DNA of 62,880 nucleotides, filler included, from Circinaria calcarea (lineage: Eukaryota): NCBI GenBank assembly GCA_051942165.1. It is 8 parts of 8 records of this genome, joined end to end, with 100 filler letters (N's around TTAATTAATTAA, not from the genome) between each part and the next. Parts side by side here need not be neighbours in the genome. Positions count along the whole stretch, not along the records: positions 31,532 to 39,306 come from JAVECS010001252.1; positions 39,407 to 47,173 come from JAVECS010001253.1; positions 47,274 to 55,028 come from JAVECS010001255.1; 5 more parts are not named here. The stretch is one strand, 5' to 3'. The translations under genes were made by a program, and so were the position numbers. The notes under the pieces are model-generated. The model saw nothing but the letters and a program-made list of their open reading frames with translations. It was not told the origin of the DNA and made no database searches. Below, piece after piece: positions 36,464 through 47,291 of this stretch (its first letter is position 1; each line of letters begins with the position of its first letter).

Positions 36464-39306
36464 CTAGGTGTATATCACCTCCGTAAAGGCGTTGAGGCTC
36501 AAGCCTTCCTTGGCAATGTCTTCTTTGATCAGGAAAAGCAGCGGCATCTCGACCAGAGTCCCCTTGACGGTACTCAACAGATCCTTCATCTCCCGGACAC
36601 CCTGCTCCCCTGGCGAGAAGTTCTCTGCGACGACATGGCCCCATCGATACTTGGCAGGAACCTTGGTTCCTTCCTTTCCCTCCACTTCCTGGTCTGCTTC
36701 GTGAAAGAAGCGCTCATAGAAGGCATCATAGTCTTTCCACGTTCGCACATCATCATGGGGAACTGGGTGGAAGATCTTACCAAAGGCCTCGGTATTCTGC
36801 TTTGCTCTCCCATTCCAGAAATTGAGGAATTTGTCCGACAACGGGTCCGCCACGGCCAGGTCCTCAGCAGACCCAAAGTCGTAGATATTGGGCACCCCAA
36901 TCGGCTCAAAGTTCGGATCCGGCCACTCCATGTCCTGTGAGGGGATCAAGCCAAGGTGCTTTCGAAAGAGCTGTCTCCGTAATGTGGCTGCGAACTTTGA
37001 TGCTTCCCAAGGGCGCCCATTCATATAAGAGTCTAGTGGAGTAGGATCCTCGATGATCAGTGCGATTTCGGAGTCGTGGTCGCCTAATTGAGAGCGGTCG
37101 TTGAGATTTGCTGAGCCGCAGACCACAATTCGATCATCCGCGATCAACACCTGTAAGCCCTAGTTAGCACTTGCTAGTGGTCAATGTGAGGTTGCCTGCC
37201 TTGGAATGGATGTAGAGTTCTTCGCTAACAAAAGCATCCATTTCAGTCAAGTCCCCTTCATCCCAAGGAACTGTTCGGATGTCTTGTCCACCTAACATGT
37301 AGCATTCACTGACGGTATCCCAGCGATTATTCCCTAGTCCTTTTCGATCCGATATAGTACTTGCCGCCTGCTGATATCGTTGATAGAATTGGCTCGAGCC
37401 GTTGTAGTCTCCTGGAGCCCCTTGAGCGAGGTACCCAGTCAAATCAACATTTACATCGTGCTGCCTTCGTGCCGTTTCGTAATCAACGCCACTTTTTTGC
37501 TCGGCTTCTCGCATCGAGGCACTCGCATTGATCCTATCGTAGTTCCGCAGGTTGTAAAACCGAATGTAGTCCGTCGGCTCAAAGCCGGCTTTCGCAATCG
37601 ACTCCATGATGCTATGGCCGCCACGGTTGATCGAGTTGTATTGAAATTCCATGATGGCGCGAGTCCCAAGACTTGCCTCGTCCTTGAGATCGCCCGCAAA
37701 TGCCGGTATTGCTGGCATAAGGACGATGACCTTGTATTTCTGCCCAGCCCTCGCAGCTCGGAGAATGCGTTCGACAATGGCTCCGCCAATTTTGTTCCTC
37801 ACCGGGTGTTGGGCGTTGGAGGTGGCGGTGATGAAAAACTGGTTTTCGATATACACAAAGTGCTGGCTGTTCTCTATGATACTGATATATGCATTGGCGA
37901 CGGAGTGTTCCGTAGGTACATTGTGGCTCCATTTGCTGCAACTTCGCACTACCTGGCATGAGATACCACCTTCCTCGCCGCCGCCAAGGTACTGGTCTTG
38001 AACTTCCTGCATGCCTTGCTCCAATCGGTCCTCGAACCTTTCCTTCAGATCATGCACCCTGTGATGGCGTCCATGGTGAGATGCGTGAAAACCGAATCCG
38101 CTGTTATCGCCTGTTTGGCTGGATTCGTTGCCTCGGGACTGCGATGAGAATGGGTTTTGCATTAAGGAGAGCCGCGAGTACCTCGTGTCCTGTCTTACAT
38201 CGTACTTCTCGTTGTAAATGAAATTCCAGCGGTCCACAAAGTGTTCCCTGAGGTCCTTGACCACTGGACCACGTAGACTGATTGAAATATCCGACCACCC
38301 CATCCTTGAACTCTCCTTCCTATCAAGTTTGTTGTTTTCCCAGTGAACAACATCAGAGAAGTCCATGATCCTCGCGTTGTTGAAATCCTGACCGGGAAAG
38401 ACAATCTCGTCCAGATTGCCCGGATGGGCATCTGCAATCGGGTGTTGATTCGTGTCCCAGCGACCATAGCAGAGATCCAGTCCTCCCATGAACGCTATTT
38501 TGCTATCCACTATGCATAGCTTCTCATGATGGGCCCAGTACAATATGACGTCGTCATTCATCCCATAGACGGCCTTAAGCGCATCGCCAGGCAACTTGGA
38601 TACAGTTGCGGCATTCAATGATAGGTTTCGTAGCGAAGATACAAAGCTAGACTCAAAGGTGGTCCTATCCGGTAGATGGTCCGGATGACGGAACACGCAA
38701 ATGTTCGGATGGAGATCTTCCAACGCGTGCTTGGTGTGGCTAGATGACACTGGCACCGGTGGCGCTATCAGCGGGTTCTCTGCTTCCTGATACTCGAGAG
38801 ATTTGAATATCGCAGCCAGCCCAAGTCCACTGAGAGTCCTTGTGACAGGGTCGGTGTGGCCGGGGAGAAGGGAATGGAGATAATTGGGTAACGTTGGAGA
38901 TAAGTACTTACGTGTCAGGGCTTGGGTGACTTCCTTGTAGACAATAATGTTAACTTTGGCACCTCGCTGAGCTGCTGCCAGGAGCATCCGGTCGATTCGG
39001 TATTGTTCATTCCTCGAAGGGGGTCTGCGGAGATACAGCTCCGGGGATAACCACCCTAGATTATCAGCGACATTGCTAGATCTGTAGACATATCTCACAA
39101 TCGAGGATCCAGATGCTTTCTCGGGCTCGCTCGAGGGCTGTGGACACGGCCCACATGTAGCTGCATCCGTCGACGTGCCATTTCACGTCGTTGCCATCCC
39201 TTGGATGAGCGAAACTTCCATAACGATGGGATGAATGGAGGGTCCCGTCGGAACCTTCTGTGTTGGCATGCGTATCGTCGACTCTATTGACTAGCTCTGC
39301 TCCAAC
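36464..39306 (-). CDS. Phospholipase D (two HKD motifs), 5' truncated
   Basis: ILDWWLSPELYLRRP, YWAHHEKLCIVD, FMGGLDLCYGRWDT, FVYIENQFFI and ELYIHSK|VLIADDRIVVCGSANLNDRSQLGDHDSE. Confidence 0.95.
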
Positions 39307-39406
39307 NNNNNNNNNNNNNNNNNNNNNNNNNNNNNNNNNNNNNNNNNNNNTTAATTAATTAANNNNNNNNNNNNNNNNNNNNNNNNNNNNNNNNNNNNNN
39401 NNNNNN
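39307..39406. other. Artificial contig spacer
   Basis: N44-TTAATTAATTAA-N44. Confidence 0.98.
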
Positions 39407-39407
39407 C

Positions 39408-40628
39408 TGCAAGGCAGATCTGGCCCGTACCGTCTCCGTGTTACCAAATCTGCAATATGTGGATCTACCCGAAGGATTCTACAGCGACGATCCATCTTCA
39501 AGCACCCTGAAGCAAGAACTGCTGCATCGGTGTCCAGACATCCGAAAGATGAAATCTGTAGCCGGTTCGGAAGGGAGCTTTACAATGCTCGCCCATACAC
39601 GCCAATGGCAAAGCCTCGAGATACTCGAACTATCGGGTCTTCGAGTCGAGCCAGACATACTGCTTTACGTTCTAGCATCCTTCCCCATCCTCCATGAAAT
39701 CGTTCTCGGTGATATTCCCTGTCTTGAAGATTCCATCTTCATGCCGAGCAATACCTTACCCCCATTCCCACAACTCACGATTCTTGCTCTCCAAAACTGT
39801 CCTGCGGTTACTGCCGACGGTCTTGTTGCGTATCTTTCCAGGGCTGAGACTCGCGAAACCCTTACAGAACTGCGTCTTTCCCAGACAGGCGTCCAGGCTT
39901 CAACGCTCCACGAGATCCTTCGTGTGGCGCCATATCTAAGAAATCTTACAATAAGCGAAACGGTGTCTCGCTCATTCCCACTAACGCCAGTCCCTCCGCT
40001 GGCTTCTCAGTCCCTTCGCACCCTTCGTTACGAAATCCTACCTGCAACCAATTTACCCAACCCTCCCTCAGAAACATACTACACGTATCTTGCAACTTCA
40101 ATCCTCTCGAGATCATTACCATCCTTGACGGAGTTATATGCCTTTTGCCCCTCTCTTCCGGATCTGCTCCTCTATCCACCAGCTGCCCCTTTCACTACTC
40201 CTTCAAGTCCGAACAATCGAAGTCGGTTTTCCGCATACTCGATCGATTCCTCGTACACATCACCGAATCACGCACAACCACCCTACGCCAAATCAACTAC
40301 CCTCTCGGGGTTAATCTCTCCACTGGATCTATATACTAAATCAGCTTCTGCACCCGAACTCGAATGGTCGTTCACGTACATTGAACCTCCCAATGCGAGC
40401 AATGGACGACGAGGAAGCGTGACTGCCACACGACCACTTAGCATGGTTGCGAACGATGGGCAGTTGAGTCCGCGCGGCTGGGGTACTAAGGGGCGAGATA
40501 GCACTCTAGTGGGAAACGGATTCGGCGGGTTCCTGGCCGTTCCCAATGAAGATAATGGGGGAGGTGGACCATTATCATCCCATGGCCACAAGAGATCGGG
40601 TAGCAAGGGAAATCAGTGGATGGGTTAG
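39408..40628 (+). CDS. RNI-like leucine-rich repeat protein, probably the C-terminal part of a fungal F-box protein; 5' truncated
   Basis: CKADLARTVSVLPNLQYVDLPEGF, LRR-like units (LEILELSGL, LTILALQNCPAVTADGL, LTELRLSQT) and a C-terminal GNGFGGFLAVP motif. Confidence 0.7.
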   Translation, partial: CKADLARTVSVLPNLQYVDLPEGFYSDDPSSSTLKQELLHRCPDIRKMKSVAGSEGSFTMLAHTRQWQSLEILELSGLRVEPDILLYVLASFPILHEIVLGDIPCLEDSIFMPSNTLPPFPQLTILALQNCPAVTADGLVAYLSRAETRETLTELRLSQTGVQASTLHEILRVAPYLRNLTISETVSRSFPLTPVPPLASQSLRTLRYEILPATNLPNPPSETYYTYLATSILSRSLPSLTELYAFCPSLPDLLLYPPAAPFTTPSSPNNRSRFSAYSIDSSYTSPNHAQPPYAKSTTLSGLISPLDLYTKSASAPELEWSFTYIEPPNASNGRRGSVTATRPLSMVANDGQLSPRGWGTKGRDSTLVGNGFGGFLAVPNEDNGGGGPLSSHGHKRSGSKGNQWMG

Positions 40629-41553
40629 GAAAATCCGATTATTCCAAGGTATCAGATGGCGTAAAAGATAGGCCTAAAGCCTGCAGTCCCACACCTTTAG
40701 TAATGTATGGTGTGAAGGAAGATGCTGAGTGGCGGTGGAGATTAGTGTACGGGCATGATGGGGAAATGGGGTGTTCGGGGTGGCCAGTGATTATATTCTA
40801 CCAATCAATTGCGTCACGAAGGATATTTCTGCAGGCAGATTTCGACTTAGTGGTATACCCAAGAGAGAAGATTTGAAAAGGTTTCTTTAAGATTATATTG
40901 CCTTGCCGCTCCGCCATATTCTTGGCTCAATGAGATTGTGAGATATAGGACTTTCTCTCTACAACTACCTATGCTAAAATCGTTTATTTTATAACGGCCC
41001 AGGAAAGCACCTTATTCTACCTAGGTAATCAGTATCCATTGGGGTGTTCGCTCGAGCAGAAATAACTGTGCAAACCCAGCTTTGGCCGATCCAAGGAATG
41101 CACTATTCATTCCGCCTCAACAGACCCTTCGGGATACTGTAGAATGTGAGCGAATAATATACTATGCCCGATTCCGGTTGCTGAAACAATATAACCATTC
41201 AGTTCATGTATCTACACTGTCACATAGGTGTAGAATAGTAGCTATGGTAGGTATTGAGAGTGACAGCTCATACTCCTATGATAGAGGCTGTATATATTTA
41301 CGGTGTGTTGCAATTGAATAGGTGGGTGGTCGTATCAATCCCAATTCGGCCTGGACCTGCATCTCCACGTGCAGCCTTGTCATATGATCGTTTCTTAGCG
41401 TTGTCGATCAGTGACTTGGATGCTGCCTTTGGGTTCCAACCGTCTCTCAAATATTTGACTAACTACTGGCGACGCGCTAGGTGTAGAGGACGTGAAGCAC
41501 CGCTCTCCCTTCATGCCTCAAAGTAAAACGACTTTTTCAAGGCTACTTACAAG

Positions 41554-43647
41554 ATGGAGACAGAAGTACAAGCACCTAGCTATCCCAAATTCTCTCGATA
41601 TCGGACCGTGAGGAATGCACTCAAAAGGAACGAAGCGAAACCAGCCCTGCCACTACCTCAATTAACCTCTACAACCGAAGACCCCAGGCAGGAGAAGTCT
41701 CGACACAGGCATATCTCTAGTAGGGTGGAAGTACCTGGCGAAACCTATAGTCACCATCACCAGCAACAGCAAGTCCGAGCTACAGCAATTGACGCAAGAG
41801 GGACGTCCCAAGTGTATTTACCATCGCGGGAGCGTGAAGACATAGAAAAAGGGATCCGTCCAAGTTGGAGTGCGGAGCTTGACCACTTTTCACCAGTTAG
41901 TACATTTACAAAATATTGGCCGCTGTGCCAAGGCAAGGCTCTGGTTAACAGGTTCTTATAGAATGCGGATAAAACGGTTCTGTATCGACAAAGGACTACC
42001 AGCAACGATGTGAATCTAAGTCAAGGCCCTTCTCCACATGAGAGGACGATTGATTCCCATTTACCAGATTCTCATCATGCCCGTGATCCGCATCGCAGAC
42101 GGAGGCCACGTGCGAGACAGCCAGAGGAGCATTCCAGACCTTTAGTAACCGATAAACATGATTCTTCATCTCACAATTCTTATGGAAAAGCTAGCGAAGA
42201 TATGAGACCGGCGTTACCAAGAACCACCAATTTCGAGGGAATTTCGAAAGACATGATCTCTTTGCCAATTGGCATTCAGCAAGGTGGAGAAGGAACTGTC
42301 CCAGGAATCGATGCTCCATTGTCCGCCGTCAATGCTGGAGAACGAAAAGTAAGGGTGGTCTACAAGAACTATTCGATACCAGTGCCAGTCTCGCCATCTA
42401 CGAAGACAGTCGACATTATTCGCTCCGCTGCGGATGTAGTAGCTGACAATGACTTCAACGCTGGGACAATTGACGTGGTAGAGCATTTCAAACAACTAGG
42501 ACTAGAAAGAGCTATTCGGCCCTATGAAGACATCCGCGACGTCCTAAACAGTTGGGGTCAAGATGATCAGAACACGCTTATCCTGCAACCCACGGGTAAA
42601 GGCGACAATGAAGATATAGATTTGAACAAGATACCAGTGCGACAGCCCATTGAGACATCTGCCTGGATGTACTATTCGAACAAGCCTGACTCGTGGGACA
42701 AACGCATCATCACTCTACGATCAGACGGGCAGATCGTGATAGCGAAGCAGGAACATAAAGATACAAAGAACCTTTGCCATATGAGGGACTTTGACATATA
42801 TGTTCCCACTCGCCGCCAAATCAAGGAGAGTTTGAGACCGCCCAAGAAGATATGCTTCGCCATCAAAAGCCAACATAAGTCAAGCATGTTTGTGAGTACA
42901 GAGAACTTTGTACACTTCTTCGCTACGAGGGACAAGATCGTGGCTGCGTCATGGTTCAAAGCTGTTCAATCGTGGCGGAGTTGGCACCTGGTACACGTTA
43001 TGGGGAAACTTCAAAAAAAGTCTCTTACCCCAGCAACTTCCAGAGAAGCTATGGTGGACGCAAGAACTTTGAAAGCACAAAACAGGGCAGCTTGCAAGAA
43101 CTCAGGACTACCACGGCCACCATCGCCGCCACCACCGCCGTCGTATTCCAACCACCACGCCAAAGACACGTATCCTGGTGCTGTTTCCGCAGGAAATGTC
43201 ATCCGAGATCCCACATTGGTGCAGCACAATGCATCCCGGTCGGTAGAACAAGATCAGGGACCTTTTATGGCTACAGGTCTCCTTGGCAGAGCATATACCC
43301 AGCGGCGAAGGGTACAGCAACAGCGGGGGCACACCTCAGTAGCAGAACCTAGACCAGCTTTGCCTGCACCCGTACCGAACGCATACACGTCCGGTCGTAC
43401 AATGTCCATGAGACATGGGAATAACGAATTCTCTAACTCGAAAAGAGGATCAGGACAACATCAGAGGCATAAACCGTTGGTGGACCTAACTCCAGAATTC
43501 CGGGAGCCACCGCAGCACGTGAGAAAGGGACGAGGGGTAGTGCCTGAGCTAATGCCGGCGGGAGGTCTCATTGATATAGCAACGAGCCCTGAGATTGCCA
43601 TCCCGGTCCCCCCCGCGACTACTTGGCGAAGGCCCGTCAGTCAATAA
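41554..43647 (+). CDS. Ras-association-like plus PH-domain protein, 2 exons
   Basis: Intron 41896-41961 joins the two ORFs in frame. Motifs DAPLSAVNAGERKVRV, LGLERAIRPYEDIRDVLNSW, and PH-like WDKRIITLRSDGQ..FDIYVPT..CFAIKSQHKSSMF..FVHFFAT..W. Confidence 0.75.
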
Positions 43648-44624
43648 TGGTGAGATGCTAGGGAGATGAACCAGATCAAGAGTGCAAGCTATGCAACGCA
43701 GACTGGCTTGTTACAGGAGAAGGTGTGGGTAATGATGAGCACGGCGGGCTGATATCTGATTTCCTGCACACGCTCTCGGTAGTTTATGGCGCCTCACAAT
43801 GCAGAATGTCAAAATTCTCCGCCTCATCCTATATGATGTGACTTATGAGATTTTCCCCGATCCAATTCCAATCGTGTCTGTTGTCTTTGATCACGGGAGT
43901 GTTTCTGTGCTTTTTTGGGGGGGGGTTTCTCGGTGCGTAACTGCGACACGGAAATCTTGGAATTGCGAAAAGGTCTCTCTCGCAAAAAGGCAGTTGATTC
44001 GTCATGGCTTACCTCCTTGATGAACACGACTATATATTGGTAATCCGAAGCTTCCTTTGCTGCTAGCAACTCCCTGTTCTGCTCTTTTTGCCTCGGTCCG
44101 CAGCGCTTGCCTATGCCGCGACCAGCCGCTTTGTGCATGATATACATCTTTTCAAGTTTTATGCAATTGCATCCGGGGATTCCACCGGGTAAGTGAAACC
44201 GGATCCAGCTTAGCTCGGTGACTAAGCGGTAAACCTTATCTCGCACAACGGGCCATGACGGGTACACGGCACCCTAGCGGCATGTCCCTGACTCGTTACC
44301 CGATTCGTTGTTCGGGGATGTCGTCAGTCTGGATTTATCGGATTTAAGTATCTTCACCTTAGTCAAGTTTCGGGAATTCTGCGGAAGCTCGACGTTCCCC
44401 GTTGCCGAGAGCGAAGAAAACTCCGATGACCTGCATCTATGAATATATAAGGTACTGCTGTTGGCTCTTCTATATTTTCAATTCGCCTTTCTTTTATCTC
44501 TACGAACGCTGTCTTCAATTTGTGACTGCCGAGTAGCTGGACTTGTATCCGTTTCCGACTCATCTTTAGTATTGCTATTCCAACAGTGCACACCCAATTG
44601 TATTGCCAACGGCCCATTTCCATC

Positions 44625-46374
44625 ATGGACAGCGAAAGCTCTTCGCACACCCTCGCCGAGCCCTCTCAATCCCTGGAAACAAAGCGTCCGTCCCATCTCC
44701 GGATAGTAGCCTCACACTCGCTGGTCACCGAAGCCGTCCTCAACCATGACTATGAAGGATCGGGTACGGAAGAGGATCCCTATGTCGTCGAGTTCATACC
44801 CGACGACCCTCGAGACCCGATGGGCTTTTCGATGCTGAAGAAGTGGACCCTCACCATTCTAGTTGCCTTTGCCACTCTAGCGGTGTCGTTCGTCTCGTCG
44901 GCGTATACAGGGGGAGTCCGGGAGATATTAGTGCAGTTTCAAGTGAGCACGGAAGTGGTAACTTTGGGCGTCAGCTTGTTTGTGCTGGGGTTTGCCATTG
45001 GACCTTTGCTATGGTGAGATCGTTGCGATGAGTATGTACACAATTGAGGCTGACAGTAGTTGCAGGGCACCTTTGTCCGAACTCTATGGTCGGCAGGTCT
45101 TGTTCATAGGCACCTATGGCGCCTTGACCGCTTTCAACGCCGGTGCGGCTGGATCTCAAAACATCCAGACTTTGCTCATCCTTCGGTTTTTCGCCGGAGC
45201 GTTTGGTTCTTCTCCCCTGACGAATGCCGGAGGAGTTATTGCAGATATCTTCCCGGCGTCGCATCGTGGTCTGGCAATGTCTGTGTTTTCGGCTGCCCCG
45301 TTCATGGGTCCGACTATCGGTCCCATCGTGGGCGGTTTCGTAGGCGAGACTGTGGGATGGCGCTGGGTGGAAGGTGTGATGGCTATCTTCACCGGCGTTG
45401 TCTGGCTCGTTGGAGCGACATTCATTCCCGAAACCTACCCTCCTGTTCTCCTCCGCAAACGCGCCGCCGCGCTATCGAACATCACCGGAAAAGTCTATCG
45501 ATCCAAGATGGAGGTTGACACAGGCGCGCGACCGAGTGTTATACAGGCGTTCAAGACCGCCCTTTCCCGGCCTTGGGTGCTGCTTTTGAGAGAACCCATT
45601 GTCCTCCTGCTCAGTATTTACATGGCCATCATCTACGGCACCCTCTACATGATGTTTTCTGGATTCCCCATCGTGTATCAGCAGCAGCGCGGTTGGAGCG
45701 AAGGTATTGGCGGCTTAGCCTTTATCGGTGTCGCCATCGGCATGCTCGCCGCCGTCATCTACACTATCCCGGATAACCATCGGTACAACCGTGTTGCTGC
45801 TGCCGCTGAAGCGAAGGGTGAAATGGGGGCGCCTCCCGAAGCGAGATTGCCACCTAGCTTGGTCGGATGTATCTGTCTCCCCGTCGGTCTGTTCTGGTTC
45901 GCATGGACCAACTCGCCTTCCATCCACTGGATCGTCTCCATTATCGGCACGGCACCTTTCGGTTTCGGCATGGTTCTGGTCTTTTTGAGCATCTCGAATT
46001 ACCTCATCGACTCGTATACCATGTACGCCGCCTCCGTCCTTGCGGCCAACAGCGTCCTCCGTTCTCTCTTCGGGGCTGCCTTCCCTCTCTTCACAGGCCA
46101 CATGTACCAGAACCTCGGCATCCACTGGGCCAGCAGCATCCCCGCGTTCTTGGCCCTCGCCTGTGTACCGTTCCCGTTTCTCTTCTATAGGTACGGCGCT
46201 GCTATCCGGCGGCGGTGCAAGTTTGCAAGAGAAGCGGAAGATGCGATGGTGAAGATGAGGGGGAAGGCGAGGGGTAAGACTGTGGGGGCAGAAAAGGCGG
46301 ATCCGAGGGTACAGGCGAGGGAGGAAGAGGAAACAAAGGAACTGGATAAGGATCTGGAGAAAGGGGAAAGGTAA
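44625..46374 (+). CDS. MFS drug:H+ antiporter (DHA1 family), 2 exons
   Basis: [78 protein letters not shown] and [15 protein letters not shown]. Confidence 0.95.
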
Positions 46375-46639
46375 TTTGTACTACCAGCCTTGTTCTCCAC
46401 CTTCCAGCTTCCAATTTCTCACCGAAGCGTCCCGTCTTGGGATTTGTCTTTTGCATTGCAAAGTACCTTTAGCGTCGCATGGAGCCTGGGCGTTTTGATT
46501 TTACAGCATGGGATATACCCTCGGAAAGGAAAAAGCATAGACACTGCGCACTGCGCACTTTTACGCTAGCATAATAATGATTACGTTTTTTAATAGAATA
46601 CACGATATATACATGTACATCCATACCGTTTGAACAAAC

Positions 46640-47140
46640 AAACCTACCTCCATTTTTCCTCTTCCTTCGTTCCTTTCACCCCTTTTTTCCTTTTTCGCTA
46701 AAGCCATCAATCATTCTCCTCATGCCCATACGGTATACCTATCCCAACTAAATCCAAATCCTAATCCTAATCCTAATCCTACCTTTATCTCCACCTCGTC
46801 CTCGTCCTCATCCTCGCCCCCTTACTTAAACTACCGGAATCCTCTACGTTTTCCCTCTCCCCTCACTCTTCCACTGCAGTTCAAGTAAACTACAAGTAAA
46901 CTACAAGTACACTGCAAGGACATTTCCTACTACTTACTCACGCTCGGTTTTTTTCGAAAATATCCTTCCATCACCCATCCCCAGCACCCATCCCCAGCAC
47001 TTCTACTCTGCTCTACCCTACCCTACTGACCGCCCCTTCTCCCACCCTTCTTGCCACATATCACATCTCTTTTCCTTTGCCATCTTTATCCATCTCTCCA
47101 GTACACCCAGAGCAGAGCAGAGCAGAAGAAGAGAAGAGAC
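46640..47140. repeat. Pyrimidine-rich low-complexity tract with microsatellites
   Basis: (AATCCT)n, (TCCTCG/A)n, (CAAGTAAACTA)2, (CACCCATCCCCAG)2 and (AGAGC)n near the contig end. Confidence 0.75.
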
Positions 47141-47173
47141 CAAGTCGCTTTTCAAACTGGAATTCGGCTCGTT

Positions 47174-47273
47174 NNNNNNNNNNNNNNNNNNNNNNNNNNN
47201 NNNNNNNNNNNNNNNNNTTAATTAATTAANNNNNNNNNNNNNNNNNNNNNNNNNNNNNNNNNNNNNNNNNNNN
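47174..47273. other. Artificial contig spacer
   Basis: N44-TTAATTAATTAA-N44. Confidence 0.98.
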
Positions 47274-47291
47274 ACTTAGAAGATCCCGTGC

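Noticed and set aside
46757..46782. (AATCCT)n telomere-like repeat
   Set aside because: Only about four units, not TTAGGG, and part of a general microsatellite-rich tract.
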